From the NCBI GenBank assembly GCA_046563655.1, contig CM102290.1, forward strand, positions 12,400,001 through 12,464,000: 64,000 bases of DNA. The letters are read 5' to 3'. Origin of the DNA: Yuukianura sp. NJ FZ-2021 (Eukaryota). Of this stretch, positions 12,950 to 26,382 are shown in pieces. The number at the start of each line of letters is the position of its first letter. The stretch's first letter is position 1. The notes beneath the pieces were generated by a model. That model searched no databases and was not told where the DNA came from. It saw only the letters and a list, made by a program, of their open reading frames with translations. Position numbers and translations under genes: made by a program.

Positions 12950-15900
12950 TTATTTGTTTTGGACTTTCACTGCAGCAGTTTTCTTGGCTTTGGCCTTGGT
13001 AGCCACTTTACGTTTTTTAGAAGGCGGTCCCTTCAAGCGCAATTTGTATGGCTGCAAAGTTCCTTTGCGCTCCACCGGTTCAGCGTTTCCGTCCCCCTCA
13101 ACATGAAGTGCACAGTTCCAAGTCCCCTTCGGCGTAGCAGTGAGATCGACGCAGTGGAGGTGGTACGCTTTAGCGCAACCATCGAACTCACACATGAGCA
13201 GCTCTCCACGCATCCCGCAAGTGGCACACTCGTCTTCCCATTTAGCTTCATGTACATGGTACTCCTGACTTCCCTTCTTATTTCCAGCGGGCTAAAAGAT
13301 AAAAAAAAATAGTGTTCCAGTATCAAGTTGGAATAAGTACATTATAAGTTGGCGATGGCACTAATAAACTTACGACCAGATTCTCCTCATTTTCACGACG
13401 ACGTCCAATGACTCCCTTGCAGTTAACAGCTCGACAAAAGCAGTTGAACGAAAAAGTGGACTTGGTTCCATAATTGTAGTCGAAAGTCAGTTCCTCTCCA
13501 GCTTCGATGTCTCTCTTGGCAAAGATTCCAACGACACGTTTCCCTTGAGCACTGTCGTACTTTACAATTCGGCAGTTTGGATCACATGAGTGATTGATCA
13601 GTCTTCCTATGTTTCCATAATACTCGGCATCAATGAAAGTGGAGGAATCAATCTCCAAGAAATACAACGGATCATCATCTGCTTTTCTTTGAACCTGCAA
13701 TCAAGAAAAGTATGATCGAATTACGCTTTGAAACGAAAATACTTTTATAATTACAAATACTAAACAGTGTTCTTACTCTCCACATCACTTCGTCCTTGGA
13801 GATTACTTCCCCGATATACTCGCAGAGATAAGTCCCTTCGGTAAATGCAGCCATAGCCTTAAGTCCCCACCCCTTCGTGGACGGAGAGACGAAAGTTTCC
13901 AAGAGATGTTCCTTGTTCTGCTTCAACGTGAACATCCTATTCTCGCATTTGTCGTTTCCAGAGCAATTGGTCGCATTGCACTCCACGGCAGCGTCCCTGC
14001 ACGCAAAAAACAATCGGCATTATGAAAGTACACGGTCGAGTGGATGGAATATGGCGGTTGCAGCATATTTTTGTACTGCGCTAAGCGCTATACTTACCGG
14101 TTGAAGCAACCTGAGTTTGGAGTACATTTGGGAGCATCGTCCTCTTTATCTGTACCACAGACACATCGCTCTTCATCTTCGTCATCATTCTTACGCTTCC
14201 CCCCATTCTTCTTTGCGCCATTCCGATTAACAGCACTCATGTGAACCCGGTACAAATTTCTATCAATCTTCTTGAAGATTGGCTCCGGCTAATAAAAATT
14301 AACCACTCAATTATCACAATTATGTACAAAACTTAAACATGAATAGAAGGAAAACTGCATGATTCGTCTGCAAGTTACAAACTGCAACTTATTCAATACA
14401 AATAGTCATACCTTGGGCAATAGCTTGTTTCTATTCTCTTCCGAATACTTGAGAAGCTGGTATGCCTCCTTAGCTGCCTCCCCAACCTTGTCGTTACTGA
14501 ACAAGTTCAATTTCTAAAAACAAAAGAAAAACGATTTTTGAATGCTCAAATCCAAAGATTTGTTTTTGTATTTGAAAAATAATGATGCTACTTACCTTCA
14601 AAAAGTCTTTATTTCCAATCTCAAGCGGGAGCGAGTCTCCAGTACGGCCATTGTCGTAGAACTGGATCGGATAGCCGCAGTAGCCGACAGAAAATTGTCC
14701 ATCTTTGGTAGCTCCACGAGCAGCTCCATCTTTCGGGTACAAGATCATAGAGGGCCAGTAGCTACAAAGTCAGAAAAAAATGCAATTTAAAAAACCTTAA
14801 ATCTAGTTAACTTTAGTTAAAAAGTTTGTATATGATTACATGGATCCTGGTTGCTGAAACCACACGACTTGTCCATAACGAGGAAACATTCCCCACAAAC
14901 AGGCTTCGCACTTGAAAGTTTTCTGCAACTCTTCAAGTGAAATACCTGCCTTCAAATGAAACTCTCCATGAACACAAGTGGCGTGGAAAGAAAGTGGGCA
15001 GAGACTGCAATTCACCACGACATCGTTGGACTTGAGTTCTAAAACAGAAATAACATAAGCAACCGTATGAAAGCCAAAGTAGTTAACATTATTACAACTT
15101 ATTTACTTACTTGAGCTGCAGGTGAAGCACCCCAATCGCTTATTCTTCCTGGCCGGTGCCTTATCCCTGGCATGTCTTGGACAGATCAAAAACTGGTTCT
15201 TCATAATGTTGTTGCCGGTTCCAGCAGGAATGCAAGAGGCTAAAAACATAGACAAACAGGAATGAAAATGACGGAATAAAATAAAAAAAAATCAAAGATT
15301 AAATGAAGAACATACGCTTATGGTATGCTGAGAGGCAGTAGAGGCAGCGAATAGCTTTGGAAGGTTGAAGACGGTAATCGCGAACAATGGCGGAGTGAAG
15401 ATGCTCTGCCTTGCAGCCATGACAGAAATGAAGTGGGCAAGTGATGAGTCCATTGGATCCGATCACATCCGCCTGTGGCCAATTGAACACAAGACAGTCA
15501 CGGTGGAACCGAAGATCGCATTTCGGAATTGAGCACTTTGCGGGCACTCCAAATACTTCAGAGTCTCCCTTCTTGCAGATGAAACAGACTTGTGCAATAC
15601 AGTCGTCGCACTTGAACTTCGTGAGAACATTTTCATGTCCATCCACATCTGTAACAACACAAAATGGTGTGACGATTTAGGAAAATAAAATAACAATCCA
15701 CTAAAATACTTGTGTATTTACCTGGCGATTGAGCAATTTGGACTTCTGACAAACACGACTTGTGGAACGGATAGTCATGACAAGTTGCCACTTCGGTTTC
15801 GTCTGTCATCTCCTCCTTACATTTCGCACAACATACGTAGGGCTTCGAGTCAAACTTCATTGCCTTGTCCATCAAATCGAATTTCTCCAATGTCCAAGTT

Positions 15901-18018
15901 TGGAGAGCCTCCCCTTCCAAGCATTTTGGTCGAAGCAATCGAGACGTGGTAGCCTTCTTGGCAGGGACAGTAGTCGGCGGCTGATTGGATTCTGCATCCT
16001 GTTCCTCCGATTCCATTGGGGCAACTTGGGCTGACGGCACGCTGCTGGATGGATAGTTCCATTTCTTAGTCACCGGCGGTTTCTGACGCAGCCCGGAGGC
16101 TGTCCGAATTGTTTCGTTGAAGACCAGATTTGCAGTTGATGAACTCTGTGTAAACCAAAAACTCTTAAGCAATCGAAGAATTATTATTACAATTATAACA
16201 CTAAAGTGTAAAATTGTAAGTCGCTTCTCGTTCTGTATTTCAAGTTAAAGAATAACGATATGCCTACCCCAAAAATTCCAATACTTTTTCATACCTGAGC
16301 TGGATCACTTGCAGTTTGTTTTTCAGCTTTCTTGATGTCACGACTTTCGGATGTCGAACGCCGAACTCTGGCTACTTTCGTCTTTTGCTTCCTTTCGTTA
16401 TTGAGCTCAACAAACTTCTTTTGCATGAATTCCTGACGATTGTGATCCGACACATCAACGAGTTCTGTCATCATCTCGCAAGACTTTTCAAACGAATTGG
16501 CCAGGGAGAACTTGCGGCTTTTTTGCTTGTGCAGTAGTTTGTTGAGGTCGTTCACAAGTCCTTTCTGCAGCTCCATACGATCGAAGTCCACTTCAATTAT
16601 GTTCGCCCACTTTATCATACCAAGCCTGAATTTTGGCTCAATGAACATCACAAAAGCAAATTCCTTCGCCAGTTCCGCGTCAGGCACTCCCTCCTCCTCT
16701 CCATCTCCTAAATATGTAACAAACAAAACAATGAGAAAATCCATAACACTAAACCGTGATAGCGATCCTACTTGCAGATAATCAGGACAAGAAATATGAC
16801 TCCATAGTCGTTAGTTACAAATAACAAGTAAACGAAACGATGTTACCTGCAGGAGGAATGGGCACGACACAGGCAGGCCAATATACAGAGCCTTGATCTT
16901 GTGCCCATACAAGCGCACCGTCATCCAGGATCCTTATGCATCTGAGAAGAAGTGGATCTTCCTGGAGCTAAGAAAGAGAAAGGATTACAAATATCAAGTG
17001 TTGGTTCATAACTGAATTATTTTTACAGAATGCTTACATTTTTCAACTGCGCAGTTATAGTAGCTTTTTTAGAAGATTTGCTGGAAATAGCACGCTTCGG
17101 AATTGGACCAGCAGGAGTATTTTTCGATGCTGATTGGAATTCAGATTCATCTACAACTTCTTCGTCTGGTTCTGGCTTACTGGGAAGAGTAGCCTCTGCA
17201 ACAGCAGGAGTACTTTCCTCTGTCGATTGAACTTCGGATTCAGCCACGATCATTGCTTTCTCTTCGTCAAGAAGAGTCGGCTCTGCAACAGCAGTAGTAC
17301 TTTCCTCTGTCGATTGAACTTCAGATTCAGCCACGATCATTGCGTTCTCTTCGTCGGGAAGAGTCGGCTCTGCAGCAGCAGTATTACTTTCCTCTGTCGA
17401 TTGAACTTCAGATTCAGCCACGATCATTGCGTTCTCTTCGTCGGGAAGAGTCGGCTCTGCAGCAGCAGTAGTACTTTCCTCTGTCGATTGAACTTCATAT
17501 TCAGCCACGATCATTGCGTTCTCTTCGTCAGGAAGAGTCGGCTCTGCAACAGCAGTAGTACTTTCCTCTACCAGTTGGACTTCAGGTTCAGCTACAATCA
17601 TTTCCTCTTCGTCTGGTAGGATAGGTTCTTGAAGCGTACTTTCCGCTACCGGCCGGAATTCAGATATAGTGACCACCATCTCGTCGGGTGGGACATCCTC
17701 CGGAGCAGAAAGAGTACTTTCCTCGAATGACTGCGTTTGATATGCAGCTGCTACAACGATTTCGCCACCTTCGTCCGAATCCATAGACTCCGGAGTAGCA
17801 AGACCACTTCCCTCGGCTGTCTCGAACTCCGATGCAGTTACCATCATTTCGTCCTCTTCCTCGGGAACAGCATACTCCGCAACAGCAAGAGCGCTCACGG
17901 CCGAGCCGAATTCAGCTTCAGTTCTTTGCGTTTCTTCTTCGCCGGGGAGCTCCGGCTTCGGAACAGCAGCGGCACCTTCCTCGCCCGGCACTTCAGATTC
18001 GGATTCAGTTACCGGCAT
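12950..18018 (-). CDS. NSD: NSD/Mes-4-family histone H3K36 methyltransferase, multi-exon
   Basis: PWWP1 (GALVWAQDQGSVYWPACVV, ~16850-16920), several PHD fingers (CFICKK...CSIPKCDLRFHRDC, CPLHFCHGC, CSLCPLSFHATC), PWWP2 (PRYGQVVWFQ...YWPSMIL), AWS, SET (KGWGLKA, EYIGEVIS, GNIGRLINHSCDPNC, GEELTFDYN), post-SET (CFCRAVNCKGVIG) and a C-terminal PHD (EDECATCG...CAKAYHLHC...WNC). In-frame stop upstream of ATG 18018. Confidence 0.9.
17182..17613 (-). repeat. Coding tandem repeat, 87-bp (29-aa) acidic unit, ~5 copies, in NSD N-terminus
   Basis: DEENAMIVAESEVQSTEESTTAAAEPTLP x4 near-identical plus one divergent copy; more degenerate copies extend towards ~17860. Confidence 0.9.
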
Positions 18019-19711
18019 TTCGTATGCTCCTTTTCTTATACAATGATTCGAAATTCGTGGTCCGATTCAGCACTCGGACACAACAGTCTGGAAAAAATGT
18101 TGGGGATCAGTATAGCTTTCCGTCTTTATAAATTATACCTAACTTCTTATGTTCTGCATGTCCTTATTCGGTAAGGCGTTACAGGCTTAGTTAAAAAACT
18201 ACCAGTCAGTTGAATGTCTATGTGTTAAACGATAGATTTTACGTTAATCCTCAGAATCAGAAGCTAGCTTTACTTTTACAACTTAACTCACCAGACGCAA
18301 TGGCCAAGAAACTGGTTTTTTTTTTTCTCCCAATGTATCTAGTATTTTTAACTTTACCGTTCTTTCAACGTCCGGTCCACAGTAGCAGCAAATGATACAG
18401 AATCAGAAATCGATGCCAAGGATACAATATGTCCACTGGAGACTACTGGAGAGCACTTTGCTTCCTTGACCTTTCAACAGGAGATCCAAACACCAAATGA
18501 CAACAACCTGTAGATAATCGCTCCTTTCTGTTTTGTAAAGGAAGCTTAAAAACCCCTTTGAAAAAAGCAAAGGAGGGAAACCTTCGCCTCTATTTGAAGC
18601 AGAGTTATGCGCCACTTCAAAATCTAAACCTTCCCAAAGTAGGCCTCAATCATAACAGTGAAGTTAGACTTCCATTATTAAGTGCAAGAATGATTTATCA
18701 TTAATTAACTTACCCTAATTAGTAAACAATTAATGCTGGTTAACAATGAATACCAATGTGAAGTACTGCAGTTGCCTGGTAAAGCGAACTACGCAGCGCA
18801 TACCTCCCGATTTCTCTCCCTCAGTTTTTGAGGACCCCGGCTTTTTTCCCGCTAAGAATTGGTACCAGAGATGGACATCCGTCAGAAGTTGTAATCGTGA
18901 ACTTTGACCTTCTTTTAACGTAAACTTTCATGGAAAATTATCCTTGTATTCTGCCTTTTAGAGAAACGGTTTTCAGGCTATAAAGAGATTTTTGTTTATG
19001 AATTGTGGTTAGTTCTACATATTCTCGCCCAGCAGTATGTTCCCTTTCTTATTTAGCCTCCGACGTTGGGTTGGCGTAAGGACAACCGAATCAAATGTAA
19101 CCAGCGCTGCCATACATGTAAGCCCAAAGCCGCTGCAATGACTGGTAACCAGCGTTTAAATCTTTTCTTTCTCCCATTTCACGTTTTACCAAGTTCGTAA
19201 AGCGAGCCCCCTTCCAAAAAAAATTTATTTTAAAAATTGCAATTTGTTTTTCTAATTTTGTTTCCTCTTCCATTTCACTTTTTCCGTTGATTGAAACCAA
19301 TTCTAAACGTTTCATGCAAACAAAAAATTTCTTGGTGGGAAGGGTACCCCCTTTGCGTGTTTTTAAACTTCCGGTTTTTCAGCTTTTCGCAAATCTTAAG
19401 GGGAGGGAGAGTACCCTTATCATAAAGAAAACCCTTTTTTCTTTAGAAATACATTTTATATTATCGAACACTATCCTATCAATGTCCCGAGCCTAGAATC
19501 ATGTTTCCTTTTGTTTTGTTTGTATTTTGGCGGTTGTCATGGACACCGTTCAGGTTCCTAATCCAATGCTTTTAGCGAGTTTAGCACTGCAGGTATTGCA
19601 ACCTGCAGAGGTTCTGCTTCTGCTCCTTGTTTATCCAGGACTTTGCACAATTTGACTCCGCTTGGTCCAGTTTAGTTTCGATTTAGTCACCTCAGAGCTG
19701 TGGAGCCGGAA

Positions 19712-22700
19712 ATGATCTCAGATTCTGGAGATCTAGCCACCACCACCCAGAGGTCAACGGGCAAAACAGGAAGACCAAAAAGTGCTACCGTCCCACCAAC
19801 CCACGAGGCCCACCACACACATCCATCGACCCATGTAAAATTTAACTGTTGTTTTAATTAATCAAACACTTTTAAATAGAAACTCAGTACACTCACAACC
19901 TAGAAATTTAAAAAACCGCTGTAAAGGCAATACTGAAGTAGCGACGGTGAACTTTAATACTGTAACCTCTCAATTTGTTCCAAAATTAGCACCTTAGCTT
20001 ACCACACAGATTCTCCTTTCAATTGTCCTACATTAATTTTAATTAAAGTTATCTTAATTAATGCTAAATATTGAATTAAACATTATTTTTGTATTTAATA
20101 ACTAATATGCTTATTAGCAGGTCCAGCCGAGAAAGGTAGCAAAAGTGAAGCCGAATCCTAGAAACGTGGAACACTCCGTTCCCAATCCAGGTTCAGAAGG
20201 TCAAGAACAGTCAGTAGATGGAGGGTCAGCCTCACTTCAACCGAATGTTACCGAACGCACAACCGCTCCTCCCAGCCGAACTTCAACCAATCCCGTGTCC
20301 CCATTTTCCGAGTCAGCTACCAACACCGAATGTAACCAGCTCATCCGACAACTATGGAACCTCAGAGACGAACTGGTGGAATTCCATCTCAAGGCTTCAA
20401 CCGTCTTGACCTTGGCTAGAAAACAGCTCAGATTGGTGCAAAAGCAAAACGAGGTCAAAAGGTCACAGGTTATCTCCAGCTCCAAGCTACTTCCTCAGAG
20501 TCCTGTTGAACTAACTCCGCTTGATCCATCACTTTCGGACAAAGTGGAATCTAGTCTCGCGTTTCTGATTGGTTTAGACCAGACGCCCAATCAAGAATTT
20601 CCCGCGTCGCTGAATTTCTTCATTCTTGGTCTTCAGAATCTCATGGACGCTTTTGTTCGAAACGACGAGCAGTTTCATGGTCTCCCGGCTGCTGCTGTAC
20701 AGTGCAGACCTGTGTTATACACAAAGGTTAACACAATTCAAAGGTCAATGACCTTTGACCTTTAGAGGAAGAAAACTAACAATTTATTACAACTTGTATT
20801 AATTTTAGGTACTACATGCTCGAAAGTACGTCGTTCATGACTATTTCTCAATTCTTCACTGTATTCATCAACTCATCGCTACAATCGTTCACCTTCTGGC
20901 CACATCTATGGCCATCACTGGTCCAATTTTAAATGACAATTTTTTGGCGGTCTGTCATTTCACGGAAGTCTATAACATTTCACTCGAGGCTGCTCTGTGG
21001 CGACCTCGCGACGAGGTCAAAGGTCAGGCAGAGCAAGGTCAACAAGGATCCTTGACCTCCAACAAAGATAAGGGAAAAATTCAGATTTTGCAGAGATTAT
21101 TTGGAGCCATGCAGAACGACGCGCCGTGGTTGCGCATGAGTCTAAAGCCTTTATCAGCAACAAAGTTGCTCACTTTCTACCTCCAGAAACGAATTCAGCC
21201 AGTGTCTACAGCATTTATTGAAGCTCTGCAGCTCAGTTTTCAGAAACAAGGCGTAACTAGTGACCAGCCAATCACAGCAGAGTTCCGATCGGATCTTCTG
21301 GAAACTTGTTTACAAGCAGAGGAGACGCGGCTACTTCAATTCCTGGCTGGGCTGTTGGAGACGCCTTCTCTACTGGGAAAACCCGCTGTGCAGAACAAGT
21401 CCATCAAGCGTCTGCGCAGAACGCTTGTGCACTACTTCTACGATAGGCTTTTGGCATGCGTCGGAGAAGCGGCAAAGGAAATGCTTCTTTGGGGCCGACC
21501 GAATCCGCTTGCACTCGAATCCACGTCGAGCGGAACGCAGCAGAAGTATATGCTGGGTCTAGCCATTGCCGCACAAATCACAGGTCGAAATTTTAACAAT
21601 TTTTGGTTGACTTTTTTTTTTTTTTCAAAATTTTGAATTCTTTTTGTTTCAGGTGGCAGCAAGGTGTCAGAATTCCTACCTGTCATGGCGTCAGTGAGCA
21701 AAGCACTTCGTTCTTTTACGCTTTTCTTTACGTGGGACCAGCAAATCCAAGGTGCCTTTGAAATTGCAACGAAACTCAAGCGTCCGGAACAAACGCAGCT
21801 CCTGCCGAGCATTGACCCTGCACAGTGGGCGACCACTATTGGTCAGCACTTTGCACACATTCTTACCACTGTGCTGTTACTCATGGACGGCCAGTCTCCG
21901 TCGAATCCTGATCAGGCTCAGTCAGAAATCATAGCCCCTCACTCCAACCAATTCAACTTGAGTGACGAAGAATTGCTGGCAGAGGAAGCACAAATGCTGT
22001 TTCGGTTTGACGCAACTTTCTTCTACTTTGTGGCTTGGGTCACGAAAAGAAGCAAGTCGTGGCTCAATAGCTGGGCACTGCCGCAGTTCCTCGCAGCGTC
22101 ACAGAGGGACACACACCATCTCTGGCTACTCATCAACTCACGTCAGGTTAGGGTTAACTTGTACTCGGTCACCTAATGAGTAGGGATGTCAAACATATTT
22201 ATAGTCTCCATGCCCGTAATGTTAACAAAAGATATTTTGTCTGACCACTGAAGGTCCATGTGACCTTGACCTAACGTGACCCCAAGATGATCACTGATCC
22301 AAAATCTAAATATTTTCAGACAATACTCATCACACGTGACATTCTACTCAACAGCAAAAGCACTTCGGTTTGCTTAGCTGCTAAACAGCGACAACTTTGT
22401 GCCGACGATTTACGCAGTACCGTAGATCTCCTGCACGTAAGTTGTGCAATTTTTTCAATTTGAAAAAAAAATCGCCGACTTAAACAAAATTTGAGCTTTT
22501 TATAGAGTAAAAATTTTATAGAGTAGATTTGAATTTTTTTAAACAGGGGTTGCCAAAAGAGGCTCTGGAAGACGTTGGTCCGATTTGTCTGACTTTGAGT
22601 CTAGCCACTTTGAGGTCATGCATGCCACAGCCCAAGCACTGGGAGGGCGTTGGCCCAGGATGTGGCCTTGACCCGGACAATCCGTCACCTTATGTTCAGA

Positions 22701-23946
22701 CCTTCATCGGTAAGACTTGTAACCTGCTCCTTGACCTTTGACCTTCAATTTGACCTTGACCTCTTGTAGGCCGTGTCATTGAACCCGCAATAGAAGCATC
22801 AGTCCAGTATGTGAGTGCCACAGTCCAGGAGGCCATTGGAAAAGAAGTTGTTCACGCAGCCTCAGATGCTTGGCTCCAGTACATTCTCCAGCGAAAAATC
22901 AGATTCAGGCAAGGTTGCTATACCAACGAAATAGTTTTCCCTTAACAGGTTCGGCAATAAGTCCTGTTTTCGAAAAATCTTGAGTATAGATATTTTTCTA
23001 CCTTATTTCTACGTTTTTTGTTTTTTTTTCTACCTTTTACTCCTTTTCTACTTTGAATTTGCCAATTCAAAAGCCATCTCTCCGAATTTTTTAATTCCGT
23101 TTACAATACCAACCGCGATTGAAACTAGGTGAATTCAGTTTTGAAAATTTTTCGCAAAAAACTTAAACTCGAGTTATTGTCTAACCTGTTAAAGAAAAAG
23201 TATTTCTTTGTTTATCCACCTTGGATTCTGGTATAACCTACATAAAAAACTTCAAAAAACTTCTCACAAAACAAAAAAGAATTTTAAGAACTTTCAAAAC
23301 AAAGTTTTATGAAAAAACTTTGTGGGTGATTTATTATTAAAAAAAACTTTCTATTTTACTGCCAACAGTGAGTGGGGTGCTGTTCAGCTTCTGCGTGACT
23401 TTACGGCTCTACGTGAATGGATACGAGATCAAAATTCGTTAGCTCCGGAGGCGCGAAAAGCCATTTTGGAACTGGAAATTTTAAAGTGCTGTGAAGGCGT
23501 CGGATTCTTGCTTCTGCGTAGTCCCGGGGACATTCTGGGTGTTGGGAAAGCAGTGGAGCGGCGTCGACGCCACTCCCCATCTCCCGGTAGTAAGTTTTCA
23601 AAATTTTGAAAAGAAACAATTTTCGCGCGGAAGACGCGAGTTCCCTAATACCACTCTTAAGATTGATCGATGCTACCACTTCATTCTGGCCTCTTGACAC
23701 AGAAAATGGCCTTTGATTGATGACAGTTGTCATGACACAAAGCAGAAATGATTTGAAATTAGTTTCTCTTTGTACAAAAAGATCAACGGCCATGTTTTGT
23801 TTCCAGCGTCGTCACAAGAAGCATCTCCATCACTGTCAGCCTCTGTGACCCAGGACGACATTCCACCAGAAATGTACGTCTCTAACCAGCAAATGTGGCT
23901 CCAGCTCCGTCTTCGACCAAGGACACTCCCATTCTACTGCTGCTGA
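19712..23946 (+). CDS. CCDC142: Coiled-coil domain-containing protein 142-like, multi-exon
   Basis: Spliced C-terminal region reads PSPYVQTFIGRVIEPAI...DAWLQYILQRKIRFSEWGAVQLLRDFTALREWI...CEGVGFLLLRSPGD...IPPEMYVSNQQMWLQLR, resembling CCDC142 as recalled. Exons include 19712-19834, 20121-20726, 22770-22908, 23369-23586 and a last exon ending at stop 23944-23946. Start codon uncertain. Confidence 0.75.
22910..23223. mobile_element. CAAGGTT-terminal MITE, subfamily C, inserted on a CCDC142 splice donor
   Basis: Termini caaggttg...caccttg, subterminal ttaacaggtt/aacctgttaa, 8-bp TSD gattcagg (22902-22909) / gattctgg (23224-23231). Confidence 0.85.
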
Positions 23947-24255
23947 ACTCTGCGCCGGCGCAGAGGAACCTCCCAGAGTGTCAGGCTTCAACTTCTGGGC
24001 GTTTTGTTGAAAATGAAGTTTTCGATAAAAACTGAAGTTTAAAAAAACAACAACTCAACTTTGAAGTGTTGAATAATTGAAACTGTAGGCTTAAGGGATA
24101 AAGTTGGCCTTGGTTTTGAGCTGTCCTTGAGACGTTGTTGAATTTGACCAAAATTTGTTTGAATAAAAGTTGTCAAGTGGCACTTTAAAGCGATTTTGAA
24201 GAGCCCCTTTATCTCTACCACCGTCCTGGAACAATTCTGGGACTCTTGCGAACGG

Positions 24256-24477
24256 CAAAGTTCTTAGACAAAAAAAAAGCTTTTTCTACACCAGGTTGTC
24301 TAGTAACTGGATGTTTTAAAACTTGTTTTAAAAAAATCTATTTTTCTGTGGTAATTTTTTGCATGTATTGTAAATGGGATTGGTGCATGAATTTGTTTGA
24401 AGTAAAATTATTGGAGGTATTGGACAACCTGTTGTGGGAACTACAATTTGTTGTATTTCGGTTGTCAAAGAACCTTG
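24256..24477. mobile_element. CAAGGTT-terminal MITE, subfamily A
   Basis: caaagttc...tttctacaccaggttgtc...ttggacaacctgttg...gaaccttg; 8-bp TSD gcgaacgg/gcggacgg. Confidence 0.85.
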
Positions 24478-25866
24478 GCGGACGGCAACTTCTGGACAGA
24501 TATTTCTGTGGATGGTCATTTTCTGATATTTTTAGGCCAGAATAGGCCAAGTTGTACAAATCTTTCAGAAAATTATCCACAAATCAGTGCGTACAAAGAT
24601 GCTGGTCCACAAGTTACCGTCCACGAGTGTCATGTAATGTCAATGAACTGAAAAAAAAACTTTTCACTCCCAAATCCGTGCTGTCTAAAACTAAGTTGTA
24701 AGCCCACTTCAAAAGTTTGTTACTCAAAGCCTTTTTGTTTATGTTTTGGGAAGATCAGAAGGTAAATGGGGAATGAAACATCTTTCTCAAAACCAAAGTT
24801 ACAAGGTTGTTCTCATCCCGTGGAATCTTGGATTCTACGAAATTAATTAATTTAAAAGTAATTAAACAAAACCAATCTTGGCTTAAGAGGAAACCTTTGA
24901 CGTAAGTCTTTGTTGTTGCGTTGTTTTTTAGGCGCATGCTGACTTTTATCAAAAACATTTTAATTTTTTTTTAAAAAAACACGAGCTATTCTCTACCACG
25001 TTTTTTTTCAGAAACCGTTTTTACCAAAAAATCTATCACAGCAGTTTTTTTTAAAGAAAAATTCAATTTCCTTCTTTTTGTGTAAAATTCTTGAAAAAAA
25101 TTGCTTTCTTTTAATTTGCTGCCATGTTCGCAAATTCCAGGAGTTTCTAGACTAAAAACAGAGTAAAAAAAACAGAACGAAAAAATTCTTTGAAATCGAC
25201 GTTTCTTACATTGTCTGGTTTTCTATGCATTTGAAACGCTGTACGACTATTTATTTTGGTTAACTACCTAATCATGTGTCTTTCTATTTCCGTTTTAGTG
25301 TTGGTAGGTTGCAAACCAAATGGAAAGGTAATGAACATGCAATGCTTTGTTTTTCTTAAATTTTATTATTGAAAAACATATGCTACTGTTTAGTTTAAAC
25401 TGAATTTTCTTGTGAAATTTTTGGTTTTTACGTGATGCTTGTCATAAAACCGACAGAACGGCACACAGTTTGTTCTGGCAGTTTAAAAATAATTCAGTCC
25501 ATTTGGAATAGTTATTCCGCCAATACCTTTTCCAATGACTGCTGTTCCAAAACAGTTACGGACGGATACCTGCGCAATACTAATGCTTCTGAGGTTACTT
25601 TTGTACACCGGACGCTTCTGGACGTCCATAACCTAACCAATTCTAAGAATGTCCGTAAGTGTCCGTCCATAAGTGTCCAGTCACGATTCCAAATCACAGT
25701 GCCAAATGATTCCAACTTTGGATCAATTGAACCGTAAATTCGAAACGTGTCTCTTTCTAACGTTGTAAATTGGAGAGACTCGAAGTTCGCAGCAGGACTC
25801 AATTGAATACCAATAGCCTTATTTTGCGAAAAAAAAGAAGCAACAACATAGTTTATTGATGAAAAT

Positions 25867-26089
25867 CAAGGTTCGTAAACAAAAAAAAAACTTTTCTACA
25901 TCAGGTTGTCCAACAACTGAAAGTTTTAAAACTCCTTTGAAAAAAACTGCCTTTCTATGGTAATTTTTTGCGGGTAATGTAGATATAGGATTATTGGTGC
26001 AGAAATTTGTTTGAAGTAAGATTCTTGGAAACCCTGAGGTATTGGACAACCTGTTGTAGGAAATACAATTTTTGTTGTCAGCAACCTTG
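25867..26089. mobile_element. CAAGGTT-terminal MITE, subfamily A
   Basis: Same ends as the other A copies; perfect 9-bp TSD gatgaaaat. Confidence 0.9.
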
Positions 26090-26141
26090 GATGAAAATGC
26101 AGGAACTATTTTTAGTTGTACATTCCAATCCAACTGTGCAG

Positions 26142-26382
26142 AGGTCAGAGGTCAGCCAAAACTTTCGAAATATTACTGCTGCTTTGGAGCGAAAGTTCGA
26201 TAGTAGAGTCCATTAATCATCATAAACGCCTCCAATCGCACTTTATTACAAAACACTTTGAACATTTTCTGCTTTCTCTTCTAGCGTCCGAACCAATCAA
26301 ATTTCGACAAGTAGAGGTCAATGATCTGCAGAAAGGTCAATGACCTCCGGCGTCTACCTTCAGGCTATAAGGTCATAGGTCA
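26142..26382. promoter_or_regulatory. Cluster of nuclear-receptor elements (two DR1, two IR1/EcRE-like); candidate enhancer
   Basis: aggtcagaggtca 26142-26154; aggtcaatgatct 26315-26327; aggtcaatgacct 26334-26346; aggtcataggtca 26370-26382. Function is inferred. Confidence 0.45.

Noticed and set aside
17134..17619. 161-aa Cys-rich repeat ORF on the + strand
   Set aside because: Antisense shadow of the NSD coding repeat.
24246..26216. Short ORFs with mutual similarity (e.g. 24246-24545, 25819-26133, also 43026-43232, 48020-48202)
   Set aside because: They overlap MITE copies; similarity comes from the repeat and there are no transposase motifs.
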